64,000 bases of DNA from Atractiella rhizophila (GCA_021432655.1 MU271240.1:14534-78533); one strand, 5' to 3'; numbered from the stretch's first letter, positions 50,366-63,186 are shown. Notes: generated by a model from the sequence alone, not told the origin. Numbers and translations: made by a program.

Positions 50366-52400
50366 ATGGGCACTCGTTACCCCGTCCTCTTCCTCTCCGC
50401 CATCATCGTTGCGGCTCAAGCTCAGGTCACTCCCTACTCTCTCCCCATCGGAGACCTCAACACTCCTGCTAGGGCGGAAGCCATCGCTACTGCTCGTCAG
50501 AATTTCAACTATGGTCCTGACATTGCTGGGAACGCGACCTTTTATCCAGTCGGGTAGGCTGTCTCCTGAACGTTCTGTTTGTGACACTGAGGACACATGA
50601 TAGTTCTTACGCCCAGGAAATTATTGCCAATTGGTCCAACGTATTCTACCCTGAATATATTAACTGGACGAACACCGTCAGGGCTGATGCTGCCGCGGCG
50701 GGACAAAATGTCGCTTTGGTGAGTTCCATTCGTTCATTCCTAGTGTAAAAAGGAGTACTCAGCGCCGCTTGTGTGGTAGTCCGGTGGTATCACCAAGTAC
50801 TCGGATTTCTTCAAGCTGTACAACCCACCAAACTTCGCCAACACAATTCCTGAAGGAGTAGCACCCGGAATGCTCTCCAACTACAGCTCCGACCTCCTCT
50901 TCTCAATGGAGCGCCTCTCTGCCCAACCCTATGGAGTCAGACGTGTCCAAAAGAGCGAAACTCTGAGCTTTCAAGTGGATGACACGACGGCGAAGAAGCT
51001 GACGACGAAGACTCAAGCCCAGCTCCAAGCCGCTGGTCGCCTCTTCTACGTCGATTACAGGAGTCAGGCCGATCAAACTCTTACCGCTGGCAGATATGCT
51101 GCTGCTTGCGACGCTTACTTCTACATCGACCCTAAGTCCAAAGACTTTCTCCCTCTTGCTATCCGCCCCAATAAAGGCAGCACATTGATATACACTCCAC
51201 TGGACGCTCCAAACGATTGGCTCCTTGCCAAAATGCTTTTCGAGCTCAACGATTTCTGGTTCATTCAATGGTGAGCGGCAAACGAAATTATCAGCGCATT
51301 GCTAAGGAAGCTCAGGTATCATTTGGTCGGAACGCACGATATCGTCGACATCGTCTACGAAGCTGCAGTGAGGACCATGAGCCAAGACCATCCTGTTTAC
51401 GCTGTGCTGGAACGATGTGAGTGGATTCCTTATTCCCAACACTTCATTGTGACTGAAGAGTGGTTGATGGCAACAGTGGCATACCAGTGCTTCGTTATTC
51501 GTGTTCTGGCAATCAACTCTCTCGTCAACACTGGTGGACCTATCGATTCTTACTTCGCCTGGAACGGAGCGGCTGCAGTCACATATGCAACTTCGCTCTA
51601 CAAGGACATTGCAGCTCCATTCCGTGCGAATTATTTCAAGACCAACTTGCAGAACCGTGGTCTGATCAACAGCAACTTTGGGCCTGCGCTCAAGTCGTTC
51701 CCCTTCTACGAAGATGCCTTGGTCATCCACACCGCCATCAGAGGCTTTGTACAGAAGTTCGTGGAGTCTTATTACAGCGATGACACGGTTCTTGCTGCCG
51801 ATGGAGAGCTCCAGGCTTTCTTGGCTGAATCCATTCCCGCCCAAATCGTTGACTTCCCTTCTAATCTCCAGACGAGGACGGAACTCGTCGACGTGATCAC
51901 CCAGATTGCTTACCTCGCTTCTATCCTCCATGGAACCGTGAACGGTAACGACCCAGTGAAGACTACTTCTGTGTCCGTTCTTTTTTCTCTCTCTTGCTAC
52001 TTCTCTCATCTTGCAATTTCGTGATCGTAGCCTGCCCCTCCACCCAGCTTCCTTCTATCAACCCCTTCCTACCGCTAAAGGTCTTACCGACGATCAATTA
52101 TTCGCGTTCATGCCCAACCTAACCCAATCACTTGGCCAAATCGTTCTCCTCGGCGCTTTCAACCGTCCCTTCTTCGAGGGTGGCAATCGCACTCTGAGCG
52201 AGATGTGGAACGACGATGAACTATTGGATAGATCGAACGCCAAGGTCCGAACAGCTGCCCAGAACTTCAGGACCAAGATGTTGGACTTCAGCAGGGTGGT
52301 GAGCGCGAGGGATTTCGATGAGGACGGATTGAGCCAAGGAATGCCGTTTGTTTGGAAGAACCTTGACCCTCTTACCGTTCCTTTCTACCTCACCATTTAG
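50366..52400 (+). CDS. Secreted lipoxygenase (resembles the fungal Mn-LOX clade), spliced
   Basis: Signal peptide; SDLLFSMERLS, GRLFYVDY, FLPLAIR, DWLLAK, metal ligands HLVGTH and HGTVN, FPFYEDA; C-terminus PFYLTI. TATATAA lies upstream at ~50185. Confidence 0.93.
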
Positions 52401-53350
52401 TCTCTCTCTATCCAATGGTTGTACCAATAGCAAGTTGCAATGGACTTTGTCAGGTGTCAGGAAAAACCTTTCGCCTCGATCGTTGACACCTCTTCCCGAA
52501 GCCGGAACGGGTACATCCCTGTACGTTCCTGGACGCGTCAAAGTTGCCTGTGGAATGGCAAAGGGAATAGAAAGATGGAAAGCAACTGGAAAGCAGTAAG
52601 GAGAGGTGAAATTGCAGATGGTCGTTGCGTGATACTTTCAGCTCAAGAGAGAGTGTTTTGTTGCTATAACTTGATGGTAGAGGCTGGCAAGGTGTTGGGA
52701 TGATCCTGTTCGCAAGACTGAGGGTTGCTTGACTCATTCTTGTATGATCTAAAGGCGTGCAGGGCGGGATATGTGACTTCACGCTTGCTATCAGAGTCAG
52801 ACCGTAGAACCGAGGTTCTTTCTTCCTTTCTGAATGTTTTGAACCGTCAGCCGCACAGTATTCAGTGTGGCCCTTGCTTCTGCCTGAAGCTGATTTATCC
52901 CTTCTTTGCTATCATTCGTGGTTGAGATCAACTTATTTGAGCGCACATCTTCACCGCTACCGCACGCTCTGATGAATCCCGAAGAAAAGGAGTCGAAGAA
53001 AAGCAAAGGAAAGTGGTTTCGGAAGTCCATCGGGACATCTCCGACCTGCAGGCGACTCTCCCGATCCCTCCAATACTTCTCAATGAGTGCCTTACTTTGC
53101 ATAACGACCCTTTTGCGTGACGAGGGAATAAGGGTGCGGGTCGGGATGGATAGTGCAGGAATATCTGACGGGAAAGTATTTATGAAGAAGCATTCGACTG
53201 CTGCCTCCCAACTCACATTCGAACCAAATCATCGATTCGACTATTCAGCACTTGGATAACCATATTATCACCAGTTATCGCTTTTGCTATTACTAGCAGG
53301 TAAGTCTGCTCTCACACATAAATTAGCCTGCTGATAAAATAGTTAGCATT

Positions 53351-54739
53351 ATGCCATATCTTTCGCCATCCACCACCGTACTCGAAACAACGGACGAACT
53401 AGCGAAGGCCCCTGTCACTCGCTACTTGCTTCTACGCCCCGACTCGGAACCTCTTACCTACTCCCAATCTTCCCCTAAACAGGCAGTAGCACTCGTCTCC
53501 GCCTCCGCTCCTCCAATCAAGAGCTCGTTACGATCCTCCCCTCTAGCCAGTTCACTGCCTTCAAAACCTTCCGACAGCTCTATGATGTGCTGTCGTGTAC
53601 ACTTTAACCCCAATCCTGAAGAAATCAAGGTTTTTCAATATACGGATGAACCGACAGTCATCAGAAGCACAGCGGTCACAGAACAGAAGGAACAAGAATG
53701 GATCGAATATCCTTCCCAGCCATGCGAGGAGGACTATGAATGTTCCACCGACGACGAAGAGGACGAGAAGTGGCTCATCAGTCGGCATCTCGTCAATTTC
53801 CCTCCATTCCCATCATCCAAAGCGCTCAATTCCGAAATGTACCTCGAAAAGATCGACCTCTGCTCTCCTACCGCTTTCGACGACGACCCACCAACTTGTT
53901 TGAGGGGACGAGTGGCCGTCCAAAATCTAGCCTTTCGGAAAAGTGTGCTGGTCAGATGGACGGTTGATGGCTGGAAGAGCCACTCAGAAGTATTGGCCAC
54001 ATCCCTGAGGACGACTAGGGGACGAGCGTTCGAGGAGTTTGAGTTTGAGATCGGGCTGGATGAGATGACCAGAAACACCACCTTGAAGGGCTGTGGGAAG
54101 TGGTGGGAGAAAAGATTGCAATTCTGCGTACGCTTCCGTTGCGGTAACCTCGAGATATGGGACGACAATGAAGGGCAATATTATGAAGTGTTGCTTCTGA
54201 GGAGCCAGGGAAGAGCCAAGGAGCTGCAAAGGCAAAACGCCATCAAGAACAGGAGGAGACATCACATACGCAGGACGAAGTCTCACGGGATTCCTGTTGC
54301 CGACCTAGCATCGACTTACACCTCCACCAGTGACGCCGCTCGAGGACCTATTCCTCAACTGCCAGCGGACCTTCGTATGCCTCCTACACCACGTCCTCCC
54401 TGTCGTCCACTCCCTCCTATCCCTCCTCAAACGGATCTCACGCTGCCTCCTTTCGAAGATCCAGTACCGCTGGGTTCATCAGGACTGGCAAGTCAACTGG
54501 CATCATTTACAGGGGCACTGGTGCGACGAAACAGCACAAGACAGCCGACCTCTCCAACTATCGAGGAGAACAATGGCCTCCATCAAACCAGAAGTGTCCC
54601 TCCTCTTCCAGAACCTTACGACGGAAACAGTTTCGAGTTGACTCCAGGTTTGACTGCAGCTTGCTTGAAGGGAGGAGAGAAGGGGTTTGTGGATTGCAGT
54701 ACTTGTGAGTTGAAAGGGTGTGAAGGTTTTCAATGGTAG
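53351..54739 (+). CDS. CBM21-domain protein with an RVxF motif (glycogen-targeting PP1 regulatory subunit-like)
   Basis: RVHF docking motif; LRGRVAVQNLAFRKSVLVRWTVDGW and FCVRF...WDDNEGQYY CBM21 signatures; Pro-rich tail; single 462-aa ORF. Confidence 0.85.
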   Translation: MPYLSPSTTVLETTDELAKAPVTRYLLLRPDSEPLTYSQSSPKQAVALVSASAPPIKSSLRSSPLASSLPSKPSDSSMMCCRVHFNPNPEEIKVFQYTDEPTVIRSTAVTEQKEQEWIEYPSQPCEEDYECSTDDEEDEKWLISRHLVNFPPFPSSKALNSEMYLEKIDLCSPTAFDDDPPTCLRGRVAVQNLAFRKSVLVRWTVDGWKSHSEVLATSLRTTRGRAFEEFEFEIGLDEMTRNTTLKGCGKWWEKRLQFCVRFRCGNLEIWDDNEGQYYEVLLLRSQGRAKELQRQNAIKNRRRHHIRRTKSHGIPVADLASTYTSTSDAARGPIPQLPADLRMPPTPRPPCRPLPPIPPQTDLTLPPFEDPVPLGSSGLASQLASFTGALVRRNSTRQPTSPTIEENNGLHQTRSVPPLPEPYDGNSFELTPGLTAACLKGGEKGFVDCSTCELKGCEGFQW

Positions 54740-54904
54740 TTCTAGCTTGTCCATTTTTGCGTATTTCAACTCATCCCCGTCCTCGTGTTTTGAATGTTTT
54801 GTATCATTATTATTTTGGGAGCAATTTGAGAATATGTTTTATAATATACAGAGTACAAACTTTGCCCTGCGAATTCTACCTGCAGCGAAACGCATGAAAA
54901 GCAC

Positions 54905-57005
54905 TCAATTTGCCCTACTACTCATCTTCCTAATGCGCTCTCCATACTTCCAAAAGATAAAAGGAATGGGCAACATGGCGCAAGAAACAAGAGCCAGAAG
55001 CGTGCTCGCCCATCGTGGATTCAGTGAGTGATACATCTGGTTCACCCAGAGCGGGACGGTGGCTGCACACAGAGAACGGGCGAAGGTTTTGGCGGCCATC
55101 GCCGAGGCCACGTATCGTGGAAAGGAGTCGACGATGTCTAATCGATTTCAGATCAATAATGCTTCCGAGATTTGTCGGAGAGAAAGCCTCACAAGAATTA
55201 GCGCTGATGTAGATTGTGATCATGGCGAAACCGAAGGGGATGCCAGAGGTTGCAGGCCCAATCCAATGAATATTCGGGTAGGACGTCCCTATGTGTCAAG
55301 AAAGGTTCATAAAATTGCTCCTGAAAGAGAGCTAGGTTGGGAGACTTACATCCGAAGATGAAGAGACTTATTGGGAGAATTGGGCAACCGATCATCATGA
55401 GAGGTAGACGTGCTTCCGGGACTTGACCGCGTTTTTTCACGATGTTCGCGTACCATTTGTTTTGGAGCGCGGTGAGGGAACTGCCTAATAGGAGCCCGAT
55501 GAGGATTGACAGGAACACAAGGCCTGTTTGTCCATCCGTGAAGCCGTGGATTTCGATGAAGACGATGGGATAAGCGAAGAAGAAGAGATCTAGGATGAAA
55601 TCAGCTTGAATACACAGACGTGGGGGGGAGATGAGACGCACATAGCAGCGAATAGATCAGGCTCAGGTAAGCGCTGAAGCAGATAAGGATGGGTTCCGTG
55701 ACCAGCATTACTGGATATTTCATGAGTACCTATCTCTTCAAGGGCGAGAAAACATTGACGAACCACAAGGTCTCAGCACGAGAGTCTTCATCTCCAACCA
55801 TATGCTTCCCTTCTTCTGCAGTTCCAATTCCGACACCAGGCTCTGATCGCCAGTCTCCTTCCTCAACTTCTTGGCCCTCTTCCTCAACAACACCGGCGCG
55901 AACGTCTCCGGAATGGTCAACACGAACGCGGTGGAGACACCGAGGTAAATGAAGAGGACCCAATAGATCCATCTCCATCCGACCGTTTCGCCCAAGTATC
56001 CTCCGATCAGAGGTCCAAACACTGGGCCGACAAACTAATTTTCATCATGGTCAGTATATTTTCAGCAAGTGAAAGGAAGAGGGGGAGAAGGGAACGCACG
56101 ATCACGCTCGAAAAGATGGTCATGGGCCAACCCCTCGTTTCTAACGAAAACATGTCCGCGACCGTCCCTCCAACATTCGTCATGGGAGCGCTGGCAAAGA
56201 GACCAGCGAGGGCTCGAGAGACGATGAGCGTGCCTATGTTTTGAGCGAGTGCAGAGGGGAGGGTGAACACTGCGCGAGATCATGAGTCAAGCTGTGTTGT
56301 TGTGCTTGTAAGTGAGAGAGGAGGAAACGCACAGAAGTAGAGCAGGTAGCTGAGGAGATACACCGGCTTCCTTCCTACCGATTCGCTCACTGGGGCGTAG
56401 ATGATGGGCCCGACACCGAATCCGACTACGAAAAGTGCGACGGTGAGGTCTTAACGATGGTGGTCAGTTTGTGTTGTTCGGCGAGAAGAGGGGAAGGCCC
56501 ACTGATGACTTCGCTAGAAACATGGAAATGTGCCGCCATTCCTCCTAAGTCGCCCGTAATGATTGCACTTCCGAAAGCGACTCCAAAACAGAGGTTCGAT
56601 ACTATATGTTCCCGTCACGTCAGACTCGCCGTCACTGTTCCGGGGAAGGAAATGAGGCGAACCAACAGCAAGAGTCCAAAACTTCCTCGCCTGACTCCAA
56701 TTCCTTGGATTTTCCGGGTCCCCTTCTTCCCAAGAGACAACATTATACTCCGTCCCCTTTTCGACATCCTTCTCGCGGGAGACGACTCCTTTCAATGTCA
56801 GTTGGCGCGACAATTCATTGGAGAATTGGACGGGTGTAACTGGAGCAAGGTGAGGGTGGACGGATGGAGCGACGCCAGGTTCGAGACCTATGGATGGGTG
56901 GTCGATATCTGCTGACTCGTTCTGAGCCTTCTTCTCGTCGAGGTGATCAGCCACGGTCGAAGTGACGGAGGCACTTGATGAATGTTCCTTTTTGTTGGGA
57001 TGCAT
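54905..57005 (-). CDS. MFS multidrug transporter (DHA1-like), spliced
   Basis: VSWEEGDPENPRNWS, RALAGLFASAPMTNVGGTVADMF, GPLIGGYL...GWRWIYW, PETFAPVLL, PEARL, ASAMAAKTFARS, IPFIFWKYGERIR. Confidence 0.92.
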
Positions 57006-57386
57006 TGATATGGGATGTGCGTGAAAAGGTATGATGTAGGAGTTGATGAGAGAGCAAGCCAACCGCCATCATGTCCCCTTTTATAGAGAGTCCAAGTCTT
57101 TGCGTTGCGACTCCTTCCTACGTCCAAACGGAGAGTGAGCGCTCGACCGTGGACCGGATGGCAAGTGCGGCACGGCGCAGAAGACATCATGGGCGAGGCG
57201 TGTTGTCCGGGACGAAGGGAGCGGCAGGTCTTGCGGCTTGCGGCAAAGGAATCAGGGAAAGGAAGGGGAGTCCCAGATCGCAAGTGCTGGGTGGAGTTAG
57301 AGCGGATTTCGGGTGAGTCATTGTCACAACCTGGCAACGGGCAAAGGGCGGAGCCAGAGAGATCGGGAAGGAAGGGCAGCCGGATA

Positions 57387-58399
57387 CAAGTATCCTCCGA
57401 TCAGAGGTCCAAACACTGGGCCGACAAACTAATTTTCACCATGGTCAGTATATCTTCTGCAAGGGAGAGGAAGAAAGGAGATGGGAACGCACGATCACGC
57501 TCGAGAAGATGGTCATGGGCCAGCCCCTCGTTTCTAACGAAAACATGTCCGCGACGGTCCCTCCAACATTCGTCATCGGAGCGCTGGCGAAGAGACCAGC
57601 GAGGGCTCGAGAGACGATGAGCGTGCCTATGTTTTGAGCGAGTGCAGAGGGGAGCGTGAACACTGCGCGAGATCATCAGTCATGCTGTGCTGTTGTGCTT
57701 GTAAGTGAGAGAGGAGGAGGCGCACAGAAGTAGAGCAGGTAGCTGAGGAGATACACCGGCTTCCTTCCTATCGATTCGCTCACTGGGGCGTAGATGATGG
57801 GCCCGACACCGAATCCGACTACGAAAAGTGCGACGGTGAGGTCTTAACGATGGTGGTGGTCAGTCCATGTTGTCGGGCGAGAAGAGGAGAAGGCTCACTG
57901 ATGACTTCGCTCGAAACATGGAAATGTGCCGCCATGCCTCCTAAGTCTCCTGTAATAATTGCACTTCCGAAAGCGACTCCAAAACAGAGGTTCGATACTA
58001 TATGTTCCCGTCACGTCAGACTCGCCGTCACTGACGAAGAAGGAAATGAGACGAACCAACAGCAAGAGTCCAAAACTTCCTCGCCTGACTCCAATTCCTT
58101 GGATTTTCCGGGTCCCCTTCTTCCCAAGAGACAACATTATACTCGGTCCCCTTCTCGACATCCTTTTCGCGGGAGACGACTCCTTTCAATGTTAGCTGGC
58201 GCGATAATTCATTGGAGAATTGGACGGGTGTAACTGGAGCAAGGTGAGGGTGAACGGATGGAGCGACGCCAGGTTCAAGACCTATGGATGGGTGGTCGAT
58301 ATCTGCTGACTCGTTCTGAGCCTTCTTCTCGTCGAGGTGATCAGCCACGGTCGACGTGACGGAGGCACTTGATGAGTGTTCCTTCTTGTTGGGATGCAT
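57387..58399 (-). pseudogene. Truncated 5' duplicate of the MFS transporter (duplication unit 57387-58777 vs 55993-57385)
   Basis: Same N-terminus; the copy breaks at GPLIGGYL and abuts the promoter of the full gene. Confidence 0.85.
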
Positions 58400-59719
58400 T
58401 GATATAGGATGTGCGTGAAAAGGTATGATGTAGGAGTTGACGAGAGAGCAATCCAACCGCCATCATGTCCCCTTTTATAGAGAGTCCAAGTCTTTGCGTT
58501 GCGACTCCTTCCTACGTCCAAAACGGAGAGTGAGCGCTCGACCGTGGACCGGATGGCAAGTGCGGCACGGCGCAAAAGACATCAGGGGCGAGGCGTGTTG
58601 TCCGGGACGAAGGGAGCGGCAGGTCTGCGGCTTGCGGCGAAGGAATCAAGGAATCTGGGAAATCTTCGATTGCAACTGCTGGGTGGAGTTAGAGCGGATT
58701 TCGGATGAGTCATTGCCACAAACCTGGCAACGGGCAAAGGGCGGAGCCAGAGAGATCGGAAGGAAGGGCAGCCGGATCGCGAACTTGTTGATATCAGGGG
58801 ATAACTGGGACCTTGGACCAGAACTTTGAGGTAGCTCTCATTGAGAAGAAACGGCGCAACGTATGGAACCTATCACGAGCTTCCATACCTCTTGTACTCC
58901 CACTCGCACAAACGTCAAAAAACGACTTCTTCTCCTTCTCCATGACTACAAAATACAATCCTCCTCGCTCGCTCCATCCTCTGGGAGCTTTGAGCAGACG
59001 ATAAAACCATTCCTTGTAATACCAACCACGCCTTCCCTACTGTTTACGATTCTAAAGTAGACGAGGAAAAAGACCAATTGGGACGGAAACTGGACGGTAA
59101 AGGCATCAAATTTTCTTATTTAAAGATTGATATGGATAACGCCGACGTGATTCACGCTTTACATGTCCTAGAAAGTCGTAACAATTAGGCAACTTTCACC
59201 AAATTGACAGAGCTGTGCGATGGAAGGTTGTATTATCCATTCTCGGCTTTTGTTTCCTACATTTCCTAGAGTTTGTCCTTGACAGTGTGCTGGGACATTC
59301 TTCTTAATGATCGGATGTCCACAAAGAGTATAACGGTAATAAAACGATTGTTTACATGAATATTCTACTCCTCGATTTGCTGCTTTTCAATCTTAGGAAT
59401 GAGTTCTGCGAGGGGTGCCATGAAGGACGTTACCACTCTGATGATCAAAGGCTTCTCAGGCGGGTCAAAGCATTAAATTCAACGGTACAACGGCAGACGA
59501 AAAGTTGCAAGAAGGCAAAACAGTGCTCTGAGGTTTGCGAGACAATAGCCACGCTCGAATTTACATTCAAGGTTATCGACATTGGACGAGCTAATCAAAG
59601 CACAACAGTACATTCAGAACCGGAGTCAGAAGCACACAAAGATCTGCAGCAATAGCATTACGAAGAGCTCTCCCTGTGTCACTGTTGGCCGAATTCTTCA
59701 ACTCTCCCACTCTTTCTCG

Positions 59720-59855
59720 AGCTTGTCATCGAGCAGCTTAAAAACCTTCCATGCGGAATCTGCTATCATGTTCGACGAAGTGTGACAGGATTGGAAGGAT
59801 GATACATTCCAAGCTCTTTTGTTATTCCGACCATTGCATTCAGTGGTACGCACTT
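59720..59855 (+). pseudogene. Highly decayed F-box-like family relic
   Basis: SSLKTFHAESAIMFDEV*QDWKDDTFQALLLFRPLHSVV followed by a gtacgc donor parallels the F-box exon and donor of the other copies. Confidence 0.45.
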
Positions 59856-60521
59856 CCATGCTCATCGTATTATCTTCTTGTGTCTACCTGAGACTGATTA
59901 GCGACACCGGGAAAGGAAAGAGAAGGGTGCCCACTCTGATGCCTCATTCCTCCTTTAATCGCAGTGTCGTCCTCATTATTCTTCTTCGGTCAGGTCTACA
60001 AACGTTCTAACTCTCTTCCCCAATGCAGACGTTGATGACTTGGCGATGGGACCGTGATCCATAATGAGAGAGCACCTTAGACTCTAGAGAGGGCCTGCGT
60101 ATGTAGCTAGATGACCTGCAATGTGCGCTTTCGAATAAGCCGAACAAGTTTGGAAGGAATATTGGAGCGCACACCTTTTGATTCTCATCATCTAAACTAT
60201 CTTGATCAAACATCAATGCATCATACCGAATCGTAAAATTGGATGGGAGGGCGTTTGTACAGCGCTGGGAGTCGAATCGCAGTCGAACCGTAAACAGAGA
60301 AACCTTCGGGCGGCTTCGTTCCTGCCTCGGAATCGGCGGCATCCCAATAAATTGGTGTTCTTTGTAGGTGCCTACAATGCAAAGCGACAACTTTCAATCC
60401 CCCTGCCTCAAAAGCTTTGATGCTATGCTCTCGTTGTCACAATGAAGAATAGGTGCAGTACTCTCAGCTCTGGCCCGCAAAACCATCAACGTATTTCTCA
60501 TTTGCTACCTCTGTAACGACC

Positions 60522-62135
60522 ATGACTCTCGCGGGAGATGCGCTGGCAGAAGTCACCGCTTTGGTTGACCAATGGCTTCTCAAATGGGGAAAATTGGTGA
60601 AATTCGACAATACGGAATCAGACGATGACCTTCAAGATGTTTGGACTCAAGTTTGTGAGGCGACTGCTGCGTTCAGGTGAGCTGCTCAGAACTCGCGTTG
60701 GAGGAGCTAATGATTGTGAGAACTGAAGCACATTTGGCCAATCCGAGTCTGAATCACGAAGAGAATTGGAACGATGGCACGAACAGAAATGCCTTTCAGA
60801 CGAATCGCAAGCTGATTCATTCGCCCCTCATCTGCCTCCATCGTGGCAAACTTCCACGTCTCTAAATAGCTTTGAGAGACTTCCAGCGGAAATTTTACAA
60901 ATGATTTTCGAGAAAGCCATCCCGGAATGGGAAGAACAGAGCTTCAAGCTATTGTGTTTGTCTAAGTCTTTATATCCAATTGTACGCGCTCTTTCGACTG
61001 GACAGAAAACGTTGCTCATGTTGTACAGGCACAAAGAGCATTATATCACACTCCACCGACGCTGTGCAACATCCAGGACGCTCTTGCCCTGTTACGAAAG
61101 TTTCAAATCTGCCCAGGTACTGCCATATTTGTTCGACACCTTCGATACGCTATACCGTCCCAGAATTTAGGTCTACTGGAACGTCTCTCGATATTCAGGG
61201 CTCTTTCAAAGTGCACTTGTCTGAGCACCTTGACGGTATTCAGCGATCTCACAAACCTCTTTGATGACATGCACGCCTTTGATGGCTATTCGCTCCTGAA
61301 GCGAAAGACAACGCTGTCGGAGCTCCAAATTCTCGACGACTGTGGACAACAACCAGCCAAGCTCATTCAATGCCTGCGACGACTAAGAACGCTCAACGTT
61401 TTTGACCCGTACTGCTACGATATCTCCAAAATCTGGTACTCACAGCCTCCAGAACACTATATGTCAGCAGTGAATGCTCTGGTGCCAACGTCAGTGGACT
61501 TACCTGATTCAGCGGACACTTCTATACGCCCTCCTGCTGAACTGGTTTTTCCAAGCAATCTCCAAGATTTACGTATGCTAGTCGAGGACTTTTACGGCAC
61601 GGAACCTGAATCTTCGTTTGTCCTCGAAGTTCTCACCAATACCATCCAGAGAAACGAACCGTTGCCCGCTTTGAGGCTTTTGGAGCTTTTCATCGTCAAT
61701 CAACCGCTGGACACCTTACTTTTCCCAATTTTGCAGTCATGCAAAGGATCCTTGCAAATTTTGCGAATCTCCCTCATCACTCAGCTCGACAGAGGCGTCC
61801 TTTATTCTGAACCAGATCCACTCAGTCTCACCGACAAATTCTACAACCTAGTAGCCCAAATATCTGGTTTACGACTTCTCGAACTTCGCCAATTCCCTTT
61901 GGAACGTTGGGAGTTTCCCTGTACCGGCCCTTTCACCTCCAGCATACAGGTACTGGCGATTAACGCTTGCTTTGGGAATGGTTTAACCCCCGACATGTTG
62001 TACGACACAGCTATCCGCTTCAAAGATACCTTGCGCATGTTATACTTGGTCAAACTCCCCATCGAAGATTACGAAAAAGAGACCTTGGTGAAGAACTTGA
62101 CCGATGCGGGAATGACCTTGAAATTGAAGCTCTGA
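60522..62135 (+). CDS. F-box-like protein with Leu-rich C-terminal region, spliced
   Basis: FERLPAEILQMIFEK motif. Shares IRPPAELVFP, VLTNTIQRNEPLPALRLLELFI, FPCTGPF and ACFGNG with 12378-14073. Confidence 0.78.
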
Positions 62136-62364
62136 CGTGATGGCTTGGTATAGGAATGGACCGGAGAATTCAATATCTCCTTCTCTCAAATCGTACTGGT
62201 GGTCATGTGGACAAGTGAGGAAGTGAGGCAGACAGGTAGAGGGATGCCTTGTCATTTCTTCGCTCGCCGTTCCGTTTACACAGTGTAGCAGCACTTGAAA
62301 AATTGTCATCAACTTGGTTCCGGGGGACTGTGGTGTCAAATTATCTAAGGTATACGTAAACTAA

Positions 62365-63186
62365 TTAATGCAGAAGATCCGTAAAAGGATCACGTTTTGA
62401 AGGCGGAACAACGACATGGGCGGTCTCGAGGGAGGATGATGGGAGGTCGAAAATTATAGTGTCAGGAACGACGACTGGTTTCCTTGAAGGTGGGGCACGG
62501 TAACCAGCGAGGATAGAGTCATAGTCGAAGCCTAGAACACTTGTCAGACCGTCGCCAGTTAGCAAAAGTGGACGAACTCGAAGGAGCCTTTTTGGAGGGA
62601 ATCGAAGAAGGTTGAGGTTTTGGACTAGCCATTCCAGCGAGTATGAGTCTCCTAAACGCGGGTCCATCCAAAACCTCCACCGGCTTCCCACTCTCCGTCT
62701 TCTTTGTTACCTTTAGGGAGGGCAAGAATCACACATCAGCCTCTCTCTCTTGTGACAAAGAGGTAGAACGAACCTTCTCTTCCTTCTTCTTCTTCAAGTC
62801 TGGCTTCTCCCCAGTGCTCACGAACCTCAACACGTCCTCCTTGGTCAACCGTCCATCCTTCCCACTCCCTAGCCCAATCTTCTTGCCCGCATCCTCGATC
62901 TCGTTGATAGCTAAGAGGCGTGCGACGGCAGGAGAAATGGGTTTAGGATGGGTGGGAGCTGAGAGGAAGTGTGGGGGGCAGGCGCTGTTTGCGATTGCGA
63001 TTGGGGTTTCGGTGTTGTCGGAGAAGTCGGAGAGGGAGGGGACGCTTTTGAGGGTTCCTTCGATTCAGTTTTAGACGAGGAGGGAGCGGCTTCCTCTGGC
63101 AGGGTCAGGTTTGAGATGTCCTCTCCCTTTTCGACGAGGATGGCGATTGGACGTCCGACTTTGATTCCCTCCGCATGGTCTCCCAC
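62365..63186 (-). pseudogene. Pyruvate dehydrogenase protein X / E3-binding-protein-like fragment with frameshifts
   Basis: End of a lipoyl domain (IKVGRPIAILVEKGED), Pro/Ser linker, then in another frame the subunit-binding domain ISPAVARLL...GSGKDGRLTKEDVLRF, and LDGPAFRRLILAG. The lipoyl-Lys exon is not visible in the window. Confidence 0.7.

Noticed and set aside
51302..52009. 235-aa minus-strand ORF
   Set aside because: Antisense shadow of the lipoxygenase exon.
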